64,000 bases of DNA from contig CAWHIJ010000003.1 of the NCBI GenBank assembly GCA_963829525.1, positions 576,001 through 640,000 on the forward strand. The letters are read 5' to 3'. Numbering within the stretch: the stretch's first letter is position 1; each line of letters starts with the position of its first letter. The notes under the pieces are model-generated. The model was given only the letters and a program-made list of their open reading frames with translations, ran no database searches and was not told the origin of the DNA. The position numbers were made by a program, and so were the translations under genes. Below, piece by piece: positions 20,419 through 30,785 of this stretch. The DNA comes from an uncultured Actinomycetota bacterium. Lineage in GTDB: Bacteria > Actinomycetota > Actinomycetes > JAHEKZ01.

Positions 20419-21910
20419 TGCGCGTCGACTGCGGCGCCGCGCTCTTCGTCGGTGTCGGTGTCGGTGTCCGTGTCGACTCGGTGTCTCGGGCTATTCGCGG
20501 GGTGGTGGGTCGGGGTTGGTGGGGGATTTGGTCGGGGTTGGTGTATTGCCAGGGTTGGGTGTGAAACTTCCGTCCGGTGGGGGTGGTCCAGGTCATGATC
20601 CCGGTGGGGTCGAGTTCGGCGTTCCATCCGGGGGTGTGTTTGAGGCGGTGGTGCCGCCGGCACAGGACAGCGAGGTTGGTCGCTGCGGTGGGGCCTTGCG
20701 GCCAGGGCACGGTGTGGTCGAGGTCGGTGCCGGCGCTGTCGGCGGAGCGGCGGCAGCCGGGGAACCGGCAGGTCACATCCCGGGCGCGGACGGCCCGGTC
20801 CAGCCCTGCTGACGGCCGGTAGCGCTTCTCGGCTAGGTCGGTCAGGATCCCGGTGGTCGGGTCGGTCAGCAACCGCCGGATGCTGACAGGGGTTCCCATC
20901 TCAGAGCCGGTGCCGGCCCCAGTGCCAGACCCGGTGCCAGACCCAGTGCTGGTGTCAGTCCCGATCTGGGCCTCAAGCCCTGATCGCAGCAACTCTTCTA
21001 CTTCGGTGGCGGTGACCGGTCCCAGTCCGGGAACCCAGCCGGGTTGGTCGCTGTCTCCGGTGATCGTGTCGGCGGGCACGATCACCTGCAGGTTCACCGC
21101 CGGTGGGTGGGTGCGTCCGAGGAGTAGGTCGACCATCGTGTCGGCGCGGCGTTGGTCCATGGTCCGGGCATCACCGGCGTCGCTGCCGCCCAGCTGCTGG
21201 GCGCAGCTGGTCAGGGCTATCTGGATCTGTCTGGCCTGCACCGAGGGGAGCAGCGCCCACAGCTCGCTCATGCCGTCCTCGCCGGGGGTGATGACCACCC
21301 GCCGGTCCCCCATGGCTTGTTGCCGGCGAACCTCAGCCGCCCCGGGGTCCGAGGCGATCACCTTCCGGCGCAGCCACTCCCGCAGCTGCGGCGCGGTCCG
21401 GGACCTGCCGGGGACGGTGGCGTAGCCGACGGCATCGGCGGCTAGCGCCTCGACCTGTCCGGTGGTCACGGTGGCGGGATCGGAGCCGGGGTGCAGGTGG
21501 CTGAGCTGCTCGACGATCACCGCGACCTTACGCGCATCGACCCGGCCGGCCCGCCACGCCGCAGCGACCACCGGCAGGCCGGCGACCCGGCACGCGGTGT
21601 CATACCGGGCCACCGCGGCCATCTTCGTCCACCCCAGCAGCACCCCGATCTCATCGGGAACATACGTTTCGCGGCACTGCTGTGACCACATCGGGTCACC
21701 ACCGGCGACCACTTCGGCCCGGTCAGCGGCCCGCGCCCGGACCCCCATCTGCACCATGATCTGCGCTTGGTGAGCGGCCAACATCTGCGCTGCCTGCTCA
21801 CACGCCACCAGCTCGTCCCGAAGGGCGTCATCACCGAGCCGCGCGACCGGCATCGCAGCATCGAGCAGGCCATCAACCTGCTCGACGATGCTGACAGCTG
21901 AGGAGTTCAT
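20402..21910 (-). CDS. DUF222 + HNH endonuclease (13E12 repeat family)
   Basis: [53 protein letters not shown]; ATG 21910 lies just after a PafBC-like promoter. Confidence 0.9.
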   Translation of the reverse strand: MNSSAVSIVEQVDGLLDAAMPVARLGDDALRDELVACEQAAQMLAAHQAQIMVQMGVRARAADRAEVVAGGDPMWSQQCRETYVPDEIGVLLGWTKMAAVARYDTACRVAGLPVVAAAWRAGRVDARKVAVIVEQLSHLHPGSDPATVTTGQVEALAADAVGYATVPGRSRTAPQLREWLRRKVIASDPGAAEVRRQQAMGDRRVVITPGEDGMSELWALLPSVQARQIQIALTSCAQQLGGSDAGDARTMDQRRADTMVDLLLGRTHPPAVNLQVIVPADTITGDSDQPGWVPGLGPVTATEVEELLRSGLEAQIGTDTSTGSGTGSGTGAGTGSEMGTPVSIRRLLTDPTTGILTDLAEKRYRPSAGLDRAVRARDVTCRFPGCRRSADSAGTDLDHTVPWPQGPTAATNLAVLCRRHHRLKHTPGWNAELDPTGIMTWTTPTGRKFHTQPWQYTNPDQIPHQPRPTTPRIARDTESTRTPTPTPTKSAAPQSTRNRVTV

Positions 21911-21917
21911 GAACGAC

Positions 21918-21939
21918 ACTCTGCCAGCCACCACCGACA
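21918..21939 (-). promoter_or_regulatory. PafBC-like, probably leaderless promoter of the HNH gene
   Basis: TGTCGG-N10-CA-GAG-T (one mismatch), 7 nt before the ATG. Confidence 0.65.
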
Positions 21940-22024
21940 AGACGGATCGAGTTTCCCCAGGCACAGCCTGCCGAAACTCGACCCACCTCACCTCACACTA
22001 AACGCCCAAATCCGGCACCCAAAG

Positions 22025-22073
22025 GTGCACTCGACGAGCAGCGACGTCAACCTGATGTGCACTCGACGAGCAG
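22025..22073. repeat. 17-bp direct repeat pair GTGCACTCGACGAGCAG
   Basis: Identical copies at 22025-22041 and 22057-22073. Confidence 0.9.
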
Positions 22074-22078
22074 TTGGG

Positions 22079-22912
22079 TCAGCGCTTGCGCGATGCCTTG
22101 CGCGAAGGAGCGGGTCGCTGGGATCCGGCGGCCTTGGTGGGCTTGGCCGCCGCCGTCTTCCCCAACGAGGCCTCCGCTGCCTTGACCGTCGCCGGATGGG
22201 GGGCTGGCCGGTTTCCTCCAGCCAAACGGTCCTCGCAGAGTCGACAGAGCTCGGCGTAGGCCGCTTCACCCATGAGCTCGACGAGCTCATCGCGGTTGCT
22301 GAGGTAGACCGGCTTGGTGCCGACATGGGCATCGCTGTTCGCTGTGCAGTACCAGTCGAGGTCGTGGCCGCCTGGCCCCCAACCCGCTCGCTCGTACTCT
22401 CCCACCACGATCTCGAGGTACTCGGTGCCATCGGGGCGCTCGACGTTCCGGTAGGTGCGCCGGATAGGCAACTGCCAGCAGACGTCAGGCTTGGTTGTGA
22501 CGATGCTGATGCCGCGGTCGAGGGCGAGCTTGTGCAGCGAACATCCGACGCCCGATGGGAAGCCGGGCCGGTTCAAGAAGACGCAGGCGCCGTCGACGAC
22601 CTTGGTCTTGCGTCCGCCTTCCTCATCCTTCTCGGTGATCTTTTCGGCGCCGTAGAACTGCCAGTCATCGGGACCCAGCTCCTTGGCCCACTTCTTCACA
22701 CGCTTCTCATCGTTCTTGTCGGAGAAGTGCGCACCCAGCGTGCAGCAGCCGTCGTCTGGTCGGTCGGCGTAGATGCCCTTGCACCCCGAACCGAAGATGC
22801 ATGTCCAGTAGCTCGTCAGCCAAGTGAGGTCGCAGCGGAAGACCTGATCGGCGTCAACTGGATCGCTGAACTCGACCCAGGCTCGCGGAAAGTTGAGGTT
22901 CACTTCAGGCAC
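22079..22912 (-). CDS. Conserved Cys-rich actinobacterial protein of unknown function (possible metal-binding)
   Basis: [54 protein letters not shown]; divergent from ppx. Confidence 0.75.
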   Translation of the reverse strand: MPEVNLNFPRAWVEFSDPVDADQVFRCDLTWLTSYWTCIFGSGCKGIYADRPDDGCCTLGAHFSDKNDEKRVKKWAKELGPDDWQFYGAEKITEKDEEGGRKTKVVDGACVFLNRPGFPSGVGCSLHKLALDRGISIVTTKPDVCWQLPIRRTYRNVERPDGTEYLEIVVGEYERAGWGPGGHDLDWYCTANSDAHVGTKPVYLSNRDELVELMGEAAYAELCRLCEDRLAGGNRPAPHPATVKAAEASLGKTAAAKPTKAAGSQRPAPSRKASRKR

Positions 22913-22978
22913 GGGGTCAGCGTAGGGCCCATCAGTGCGGGTAGCGTCAGCGGCATGGGTGACGGAACCGGCGGAGGA

Positions 22979-23908
22979 GTGCGGCTGGGAGTTCTGGACG
23001 TCGGATCTAACACCGTGCACCTGCTGGTCGTTGACGCGCACCACGGGGCCGCGCCTCGCTCCGCGTACTCGTACAAGAGTGAACTGCGGCTCGCTGAGTT
23101 CCTGCGCGATGACGGCGGAATCGCCGAGGCCGGCGTCGCGGCGCTGACTGGGTTCGTCGGAGAGGCGGCGAAGATCGCAGAACAGGTCGGGGCTGAGGAG
23201 ATGCTCGCGTTCGCGACCTCTGCCGTCCGCGAAGCCTCCAACGGTGACGATGTACTGCGGGCCGTCAGGAGCGCGACGGGTGTCGACCTCGAGGTTCTCT
23301 CCGGCGCGGAGGAGGCCAGACTCACCTTCCTCGCAGTGCGACGTTGGTTTGGCTGGTCCAGTGGCCGCGTCCTCGTCCTCGACATCGGCGGCGGCTCGCT
23401 GGAGGTCGGGGTCGGCAACACCGAGGCGCCGGATGCTGCCTTCTCCCTTCCGCTTGGCGCTGGACGCCTGACCCGCGAGTTCCTCAACAGTGACCCGCCT
23501 GCGGCCGGCGACGTGAAGCACCTCCGCAAGCACGTTCGCCAGCTCCTGGCCGAGCAAGGTGCTGTCCTGGAAGTCACCGGTAACGCCTCGCACGTGGTCG
23601 GCACTTCCAAGACCTTCAAGCAGCTGGCACGGCTCACTGGCGCTGCCCCCAGCTCGGCCGGCCCGTACGTCCAACGTCACCTCCACCGCGACAAGCTTGC
23701 CGACTGGGTCCCGAGGTTGGCTCGGATGTCCGCCAAGCATCGGGCTGAGCTTCCCGGCATCTCACCTGGCCGGGCTCCTCAGCTCCTCGCCGGGGCCATC
23801 GTGGCCGAGTTGGTGATGGATGCCGTCGGAGCCGAGACGTTGGAGATCTGCCCGTGGGCCCTGCGAGAGGGCGTGATCCTGAGGCGCCTGGACTGGATGG
23901 GTCAGTGA
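22979..23908 (+). CDS. ppx: Ppx/GppA family exopolyphosphatase
   Basis: [42 protein letters not shown]; GGAGG RBS. Confidence 0.92.
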   Translation: MRLGVLDVGSNTVHLLVVDAHHGAAPRSAYSYKSELRLAEFLRDDGGIAEAGVAALTGFVGEAAKIAEQVGAEEMLAFATSAVREASNGDDVLRAVRSATGVDLEVLSGAEEARLTFLAVRRWFGWSSGRVLVLDIGGGSLEVGVGNTEAPDAAFSLPLGAGRLTREFLNSDPPAAGDVKHLRKHVRQLLAEQGAVLEVTGNASHVVGTSKTFKQLARLTGAAPSSAGPYVQRHLHRDKLADWVPRLARMSAKHRAELPGISPGRAPQLLAGAIVAELVMDAVGAETLEICPWALREGVILRRLDWMGQ

Positions 23909-23910
23909 AC

Positions 23911-24756
23911 ATGCCGGTTCCCGATCAGATCGTCCAGGTGCCTCGAGCCCGCGTCGCGCTCTCGACCGCGTCGGTCTACCCAGAAACAACGGCGACGGCC
24001 TTCGAGATGGCGGCCCGTCTCGGGTACGACGGCATCGAGGTGATGGTTTCCACCGACCTCGTCAGCCAGGACGTATCGGCGCTGCAGCGCCTGTCGGATT
24101 ACCACGAGCTACCGATCGTTGCGATCCATTCACCGTGTCTGCTCATCACGCAGCGCGTCTGGGGGACTGAGCCTTGGGGCAAGCTGCAAACTGCGCAACG
24201 CACGGCGGAACAGCTGGGCGCATCGGTGGTCGTCGTACATCCACCCTTCCGCTGGCAGCGCGAGTACGCGAAAGGGTTTGTGGCCGGTGTCGCCGCGATG
24301 AACGACGAGACCGCCGTGCGGTTCGCGGTAGAGAACATGTTCCCCTGGCGCGCGCGCAACCGGGAGATCCAGGCTTACCTGCCTGACCACGATCCGACCG
24401 ACGAGGACTACACGTCAGTCACCCTGGACCTCTCGCACACGTCAGTAGCTGGCGACGACGCGATGGCGATGGCCCGCGGACTTGGAACCCGGTTGGCCCA
24501 CGTTCACCTAGGAGATGGATCTGGCGCCGCCAAGGATGAACACCTGGTTCCAGGACGCGGGACTCAGCCGTGTGCCGAGCTGCTGGAGCATTTGGCCGTC
24601 CTCGACTACAGCGGGCACGTCGTCCTCGAGGTGAACACGCGTCGGTGTACCACACGTGAGGAGCGCGAGAACGATCTCGCAGAAGCTCTTGCTTTCACCC
24701 GGCTAAACCTCGCCACCGGAATCGGGAAGCCCGCTGCCGAGGCCGGACCTCGATGA
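23911..24756 (+). CDS. Sugar phosphate isomerase/epimerase family TIM-barrel protein
   Basis: [44 protein letters not shown]. Confidence 0.85.
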   Translation: MPVPDQIVQVPRARVALSTASVYPETTATAFEMAARLGYDGIEVMVSTDLVSQDVSALQRLSDYHELPIVAIHSPCLLITQRVWGTEPWGKLQTAQRTAEQLGASVVVVHPPFRWQREYAKGFVAGVAAMNDETAVRFAVENMFPWRARNREIQAYLPDHDPTDEDYTSVTLDLSHTSVAGDDAMAMARGLGTRLAHVHLGDGSGAAKDEHLVPGRGTQPCAELLEHLAVLDYSGHVVLEVNTRRCTTREERENDLAEALAFTRLNLATGIGKPAAEAGPR

Positions 24757-25472
24757 CAGATGAGTCGCCTGCGGTCATTTGCCAGGACCTTTGCGTGGTT
24801 CGTGGCGGGGTCACCGTGCTGCCAGGCCTCAGCGTCCGGGTGGCTTCCGGGCGCGTCACCGGCTTGCTCGGGCCGAGCGGGTCGGGGAAGACCACGCTGA
24901 TCCGTTCGGTCGTGGGTGTCCAGCAGGTGGCAAGTGGCACGGTGTCAGTCCTGGGGCTGCCTGCGGGAAGCGCAGAGCTTCGGCGTCGCGTCGCCTACGT
25001 GACGCAGGACGCGTCGGTGTACGCCGACCTGACCGTGGCGCAGAACGTTGGCTATTTCGCAAGCATCCTCGGTGCTCCTGACAGCGACCTCGATCGAGTG
25101 ATCGGTGAAGTGGGCCTTGAGGGCCGAGAGGGAGACCAGGTGGGGCAGCTTTCCGGCGGAGAGCGGTCGCGTGTCTCGCTCGCTGTTGCGCTACTGGGAA
25201 GCCCTGAGGTCTTGGTTCTCGATGAGCCGACGGTCGGCCTCGATCCGGTGCTGCGACGCGACCTCTGGGAGATGTTCGGCGGGCTCGCCGCGACCGGCCT
25301 TACGCTGCTCATTTCAAGCCATGTCATGGACGAAGCGTCGAGATGCGATGACTTGATGCTGCTGCGTGATGGACAACTTCTCGCGCACGACAGCGTCGCA
25401 GCCATTCTTACGTCGACCGGTACAAGCGACATCGAGTCGGCCTTTCTCTCCCTTGTCGAGGGCGAGCCGTGA
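24753..25472 (+). CDS. ABC transporter ATP-binding protein
   Basis: [22 protein letters not shown]. Confidence 0.93.
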   Translation: MTDESPAVICQDLCVVRGGVTVLPGLSVRVASGRVTGLLGPSGSGKTTLIRSVVGVQQVASGTVSVLGLPAGSAELRRRVAYVTQDASVYADLTVAQNVGYFASILGAPDSDLDRVIGEVGLEGREGDQVGQLSGGERSRVSLAVALLGSPEVLVLDEPTVGLDPVLRRDLWEMFGGLAATGLTLLISSHVMDEASRCDDLMLLRDGQLLAHDSVAAILTSTGTSDIESAFLSLVEGEP

Positions 25473-26200
25473 CGATCACTCGTACGGTTGCCACCGCGCG
25501 TCGGGTCGTCCAGCAGCTGCAGCACGATCACCGCACCGTCGCACTGATCCTGGTCGTTCCGTGTGTTCTGATGGGTCTGTTGGCGTGGATGCTCTCCGAC
25601 GCCGACTTCAACCAGTACGGCGCACCGTTGCTCGGCATCTTCCCGCTGATCGTGATGTTCCTGACCACGTCGGTAGCGACGCTGCGTGAGCGCGAGTCGG
25701 GAACTCTCGAGCGTCTTCTGTCGATGCCCATTGCGAAGGTCGATTTCGTCCTCGGCTACGCGCTGGCGTTCGGCCTTCTCGGTGTCGTCCAGGCGCTCGT
25801 TGTCTCGGGTCTGGCCGTCGGGCCTTTTGGCCTCGAGGTCGCTGGGCCCACCTGGGCATTGATCGTGGTTGCAGTGGTCGACGCACTGCTGGGTACAGCC
25901 CTGGGGCTCTTCGTCAGTGCCTTCGCCAAGACCGAGTTTCAAGCGGTGCAGTTCATGCCCGCGCTCATCCTTCCGCAGCTGCTTCTCTGCGGAATCGTCG
26001 TTCCGCGGGAGGAACTGCCCACCGCTTTGCGTCTGCTGTCGGATGTCCTCCCGATGTCGTACGCCGTCGATGCGACGACCGAGGTCATGACGTCAACCTC
26101 GATGTCTGCCGACTTCTGGCTCAACGTAGGAATCGTCGCGCTCTTCATGGCAGTCGGCCTGGCGCTGGGGGCCGGAACCCTGCGCCGACGGACCGAATAG
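25469..26200 (+). CDS. ABC-2 type permease
   Basis: About 6 TM segments, RERESGTLERL, TEFQAVQFMP. Confidence 0.9.
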   Translation: MTITRTVATARRVVQQLQHDHRTVALILVVPCVLMGLLAWMLSDADFNQYGAPLLGIFPLIVMFLTTSVATLRERESGTLERLLSMPIAKVDFVLGYALAFGLLGVVQALVVSGLAVGPFGLEVAGPTWALIVVAVVDALLGTALGLFVSAFAKTEFQAVQFMPALILPQLLLCGIVVPREELPTALRLLSDVLPMSYAVDATTEVMTSTSMSADFWLNVGIVALFMAVGLALGAGTLRRRTE

Positions 26201-26321
26201 CAAGCCTTTGTCCCAATTTGCGGTTAGACCGAACGGGTGACGCACCCCTAACCGTTCCGCCGATCGGGTGGGGGAGGCGAACACTGGCGCTGCTCGGGGA
26301 CGCCTGACCGGTGGAGACAGC

Positions 26322-26858
26322 ATGCGACTTCGGGCAATGCGGCAGCGCAGTCCGCTGCTGAATCACGATCAAGGCGCGTCAGCCGTGGAGTTCGCGCTCG
26401 TTCTGCCGCTGCTTCTTATGCTGGTCTTCGCCGTCATCGACTACGGATGGTGGTTCGGGGAGACACTCGGCCTGCGAAGTGGGGTCCGCGAAGCGGCTCG
26501 GCTCGGAGCCGTCAATGAGGTTACGGCCCCCGGAGGATCAGCCGACGCCATCAAGGCGGTCATGCTGGCACGCTCGCCACAGTTGGCGTCGAGTGCCAAC
26601 GACCTGGCTGTCGCGGTGCGGATCTACGGTCCTGGAGCTACGGGTGAGATACCTGGGACGGGTTCGACGCTTCTGATATGCGCACAGATGCCAGGCGAAT
26701 CGCTCTCCGGTCTGGGTGACGTTCTATACCCCCTGCCGAACAGTCACCGAGCTGAGGCCGCGATGCGACTCGAGAAGACTCCGGTGCTGTCTGACGACCA
26801 GACATCCAACTGGACGGGAACGTGCCAGATGGACGCAGCTGCCGCGGCCGCGCCATGA
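26322..26858 (+). CDS. TadE-like pseudopilin
   Basis: Prepilin site DQG/ASAVEFALVLPLLL followed by REAAR. Confidence 0.85.
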   Translation: MRLRAMRQRSPLLNHDQGASAVEFALVLPLLLMLVFAVIDYGWWFGETLGLRSGVREAARLGAVNEVTAPGGSADAIKAVMLARSPQLASSANDLAVAVRIYGPGATGEIPGTGSTLLICAQMPGESLSGLGDVLYPLPNSHRAEAAMRLEKTPVLSDDQTSNWTGTCQMDAAAAAAP

Positions 26859-28278
26859 AGCATCAGCGGGAAGGCGGCGCAGTCGCAATCGTGGTGGCGC
26901 TGACTGCAGCGTTGCTCTTCGTCTTCGGGGCGTTCGCCGTCGACCTGGGTGCGGCGTACTCTGAGCGCCGAGTCGACCAGACCTCCGCGGACGCGGCGGC
27001 CCTGGGCGGAGCCAACGCGCTGCCGGACATGGGTGGGTCGACTAACAATGCGTTGCGTGACGCCGGAGCGTTTGTCGAGGCGAATCTGGCGCCCCCCGAA
27101 AGCGGGTGGAAGGCGGCCTGGGATGCATGCACCGATGTGAAGCACTTAGCAATCACCGGCTCAACCTACGGCCCGTGCGTGTCGGTCAGCTCGTACGGGA
27201 CCAGGGTCCGAGTGGTCATCCCCACACGTGAGGTGAAGACGACGCTCGCAAGGGCGATGGGTATCGAGACCATCTCGGTGTCGGCGTTCGCCGAGGCTCA
27301 GATCGAGTTCATGTACTCAGCAGGTGTGCTGCCCTTCGGTCTCCCGGCCGCTCGAGCGAACGACACGGAAGTATGTCTGAAGACAGGCCCGAACGGCTTC
27401 GCCCCGGCAATCGCTCCCTGTGCCGGCTCGAACGAGGGCAACTTCGGCCCGTTGGACTTCTCATTCTTCGGGAACGCCGCGGCCGGCACGCTCACCGCCT
27501 GCACCGGGCCGGACAGCATCCAGTTGATCGTCAACACCATTCTTGGCGTCGACCACCCGCTGTCGGTGTACACCGGAACCGTGCGCGACGACACGGTGGC
27601 CTGCAAAGCGGGAGCCGATCCCGGCGATAGGCCCAATCAGGCCTACTCGCAGACCGGCTTCGGAAGCACCTTGGACACTGGCCTGGTCTCCGGCACGAAT
27701 ACTCCCGGCGAGTGCTTAAAGGTCGGCTGGCCAATACTCCGTTTGAGGCAGTGACCGTGCGCAATGGGCGCCCACCGCTGGACAACCGCCCGCTGTGGTC
27801 CTACATCGACAGCGAGCTGCAGTTCGGAACAGTTGTGCCCCTGTCGTGCGACCCAGCGGGTATCAGCGATCGATTGGGCATGCGACGGTGTCTCGACGAC
27901 TACCGGACAGGAGCGGGATGTTCGGGGGGTTGTCAGCCGTTGTTCAGCGCCGACCTCGACTCCGACGGCGCAGCAGATCTGCAGCAGACGCCACGCTTTG
28001 CGTACGTCCCGCAACTGCTGGCCAGCACAATGGGGGGTGGAAACACGCCGCACCAGTTCACCGCCTTTCGGCCAGTGTTCATCCAGACCCTCTTCTTCGG
28101 GTGCAACGCGTCCTCCTGTGCCCTCACCTGGAACCCCGGCGAACCGTTGAGGGTCCGAACCAGCCGCGACGCCCAGGCGCTCACCGCGTTCGTTCTTCCG
28201 GACGGGGCGTTGCCGCAGTCGATCGTCGACAATGCCCCAGGGATGAGAGGGACACCGAAGGTGGTGCTCTACCGCTAA
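26855..28278 (+). pseudogene. TadG-like pilus protein split by an apparent frameshift near 27710
   Basis: REG/GAVAIVVAL, AVDLG, QTSADAAALGG N-terminus; ORF 26822-27754 overlaps continuation ORF 27712-28278 in another frame. Confidence 0.7.
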
Positions 28279-28302
28279 TGCCGACGGCCGTACGCTGAGA
28301 CC

Positions 28303-29232
28303 GTGATGCTGCGCGGAACACTCCTCTCCCTCGCAGGCAGCGAGGCGGTCAAGAACGCGGTGACGTCGGCTCCCGGAATCGGCGACATCGTCACCCGCTT
28401 CGCCGCCGGTGAGTCCGATGATGACGCGATGCGCGCCACCAGTGACCTGCAGGACGAGGGCTTCGCTGTCACCCTCGACTACCTGGGCGAGGACACCCTC
28501 GTCCGCCAACAGGCTGCCGAGACCGCCGGTGCCTACGTAAGGATTCTCGCCAGACTTGCCGATGCTGGACTTGCGCCCGGGGCCGAGGTCTCCGTCAAGC
28601 TCTCCGCTATCGGCCAGGCACTCCCGGATGGGGGCGACGAGATCTCCACCGACAATGCAAGGGCCATCTGCGCTGCCGCCGCGGAGGCAGGGACAACGGT
28701 CACCCTCGACATGGAGGACCACACCACGACCGACCTGACTCTGGGCACCCTTGCTGCGCTGAGGGCCGACTTTCCCGACACCGGCGCAGTCCTGCAGGCC
28801 TACCTGCACAGGACTGAGGGTGACTGTCGTGACCTGGCTGTGGCTGGTTCCCGCATTCGACTCTGCAAGGGGGCCTACAACGAACCGGAGTCGGTCGCTC
28901 TGCAGTCCCGGGCTGACGTCGACCGCAACTATGTCCGGTGCATGAAGGTCCTGCTGTCCGGCGGTGGCTACCCGATGTTCGCTACGCACGACGACCGCCT
29001 TATCTCGATCGCTGAGGCGCTGACCCATCGGTTCAACCGGGCATCAGGCAGCTACGAGTTCCAGATGCTCTACGGCGTTCGCCGGGATGAGCAGCGACGG
29101 CTCCTGAACGACGGTGAGAAGGTTCGCGTCTACGTTCCTTACGGAACCGAATGGTATGGCTACCTGGTTCGACGCATGGCGGAGCGTCCGGCCAACCTCA
29201 GTCTCGGCATCCGTGCCATTCTTGAGCGTTAG
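28303..29232 (+). CDS. Monofunctional proline dehydrogenase
   Basis: RFAAGE, LDYLGE, SVKLS, LDMED, IRLCKGAY, ATHD, EFQMLYG, RRMAERPAN. Confidence 0.93.
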   Translation: MMLRGTLLSLAGSEAVKNAVTSAPGIGDIVTRFAAGESDDDAMRATSDLQDEGFAVTLDYLGEDTLVRQQAAETAGAYVRILARLADAGLAPGAEVSVKLSAIGQALPDGGDEISTDNARAICAAAAEAGTTVTLDMEDHTTTDLTLGTLAALRADFPDTGAVLQAYLHRTEGDCRDLAVAGSRIRLCKGAYNEPESVALQSRADVDRNYVRCMKVLLSGGGYPMFATHDDRLISIAEALTHRFNRASGSYEFQMLYGVRRDEQRRLLNDGEKVRVYVPYGTEWYGYLVRRMAERPANLSLGIRAILER

Positions 29233-29270
29233 GTGATCAGGAATCGCCTCGACGTTGTGCGGAGGAGTGA

Positions 29271-30083
29271 GTGATGAGCGACCGGGTAGCTATTCTCGGT
29301 GCCGGCAAGATGGGCGAGGCGCTGCTCTCCGGCATGGTCCGGGCCGGACGTCCGACGTCAGGTCTGGTGGTGACGACGCACGATGATGGTCGCGCCGACG
29401 TCCTGCGCGGGCGCTATGGCGTCGAGGTCACCACGAACACCGAGGCCGTCAAGTCAGCGAGCACGGTGGTCATCGCTGTCAAGCCGCAAGACATGGGCAC
29501 TCTGCTGGACGAAATCGCTGCATTCGTGTCGGTGGACCAACTGCTGGTGTCGGTTGCGGCAGGAATCACTACGTCGTTCATCGAACGACGCATTCCCGTC
29601 GATGTACCCGTGGTTCGGGTCATGTCGAACACTCCGGTACTCGTCGATGAGGCCATGAGTGCCATCTCTGCGGGATCGCACGCCACCGAATCACATCTTG
29701 AGCTGACCGAGGGTCTGCTCAAGCCCGTTGGTCGCACCCTGCGGGTGCCGGAGTCTCAGCAGGACGCCGTCACCGCGCTCTCCGGTAGTGGTCCTGCGTA
29801 CTTCTTCTACCTGGTTGAGGCAATGGTTGACGCCGGGATTCTCCTGGGTCTTCCACGTGCGGTTGCTCACGACCTGATCGTCCAGACTGCCATCGGCAGT
29901 GCCGTGATGTTGCGCGACTCTGGCGAGTCAGCGCAGTCACTTCGTGAGGCCGTCATGTCTCCCGCCGGCACCACGATCGCGGCGATCCGCGAAATGGAAG
30001 ATCACAAGGTACGAGCCGCGTTCCTTGCTGCCCTGGAAGCCGCGCGTGACCGCAGCCGCGAGCTGGCGTCCGGTCACGAGTAG
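29271..30083 (+). CDS. proC: Pyrroline-5-carboxylate reductase
   Basis: ILGAGKMG, AVKPQ, RVMSNTP, TALSGSGPAY, SPAGTT. Confidence 0.96.
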   Translation: MMSDRVAILGAGKMGEALLSGMVRAGRPTSGLVVTTHDDGRADVLRGRYGVEVTTNTEAVKSASTVVIAVKPQDMGTLLDEIAAFVSVDQLLVSVAAGITTSFIERRIPVDVPVVRVMSNTPVLVDEAMSAISAGSHATESHLELTEGLLKPVGRTLRVPESQQDAVTALSGSGPAYFFYLVEAMVDAGILLGLPRAVAHDLIVQTAIGSAVMLRDSGESAQSLREAVMSPAGTTIAAIREMEDHKVRAAFLAALEAARDRSRELASGHE

Positions 30084-30107
30084 GCGTCCCTCGTTGCGGC
30101 AAGGGGG

Positions 30108-30785
30108 TCAGGTGTGGCTGCTCAGCTCTTGGGCGAACTTGTCGACGTCGTCGATGCGGCCCGCGATCGCGATCAACGAACCGGCACCGATCACCGTCTC
30201 TCGGTCGGCATAGGTGAAGGTGCCGTCAGGGGGGCGAAAGCCGACGACGGTGATGCCGTAGCGCGCCCGCAGCCGTAGCTCACCCAGGGGTCCGTCACCC
30301 AGTGGTTCGGACACCTCGAGCTTGGCGAGCGCAAAGCCATCGTCGAACTTGATGTAGTCGAGCATCGCTCCGGAGACGAGGTGGGCGACACGCTCACCCA
30401 TGTCGGCCTCCGGGTACACGACATGATGTGCCCCGATGCGTTCGAGTATCCGGCCATGGTCGCGCGAGATGGCCTTGGCCCAGATCTCGGTGACCCCCAG
30501 ATCGGCCAACAGAACGGTGGTCAGGACGCTCGACTCGATATCGGTTCCGATCGCCACGACCGCCTGGTCGAACTCCGCAGCTCCGATCTGACGCATAGCC
30601 TCTTCGTCGGTGGTGTCGAGCTGCATGGCGTGAGTAAGCCGGTCAGCAAAATGCTGAACCCTCTCCGCGGAGGCATCCACCCCGAGAACCTCGCGTCCAC
30701 GCTCGACCATGGTCAGGGCTACGGCCGAACCGAATCGGCCGAGGCCCACGACCAGAACCGGCGATGTCAGCCTGCTGTTAACCAA
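30108..30785 (-). CDS. TrkA/KtrA family potassium uptake regulatory subunit
   Basis: VVGLGRFG RCK_N, IWAKA, YPEADMG, C-terminal RCK_C. Confidence 0.9.
   Translation of the reverse strand: MVNSRLTSPVLVVGLGRFGSAVALTMVERGREVLGVDASAERVQHFADRLTHAMQLDTTDEEAMRQIGAAEFDQAVVAIGTDIESSVLTTVLLADLGVTEIWAKAISRDHGRILERIGAHHVVYPEADMGERVAHLVSGAMLDYIKFDDGFALAKLEVSEPLGDGPLGELRLRARYGITVVGFRPPDGTFTYADRETVIGAGSLIAIAGRIDDVDKFAQELSSHT

Noticed and set aside
20373-22073. Repeats around the HNH gene as a CRISPR array or guide locus
   Set aside because: The octamer has no spacers, the 17-mer has only two copies with a 15-nt gap, and there are no cas genes.
22025-23908. Long overlapping antiparallel ORFs of 627 and 553 aa
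   Set aside because: GC-rich upstream extensions; the real genes are ppx from 22979 and the Cys-rich gene from 22912.
27643-29028. 461-aa minus-strand ORF, and similar long ORFs at 51549-52916 and 58075-59604
   Set aside because: Antisense to well-supported genes and without motifs; expected in high-GC DNA.
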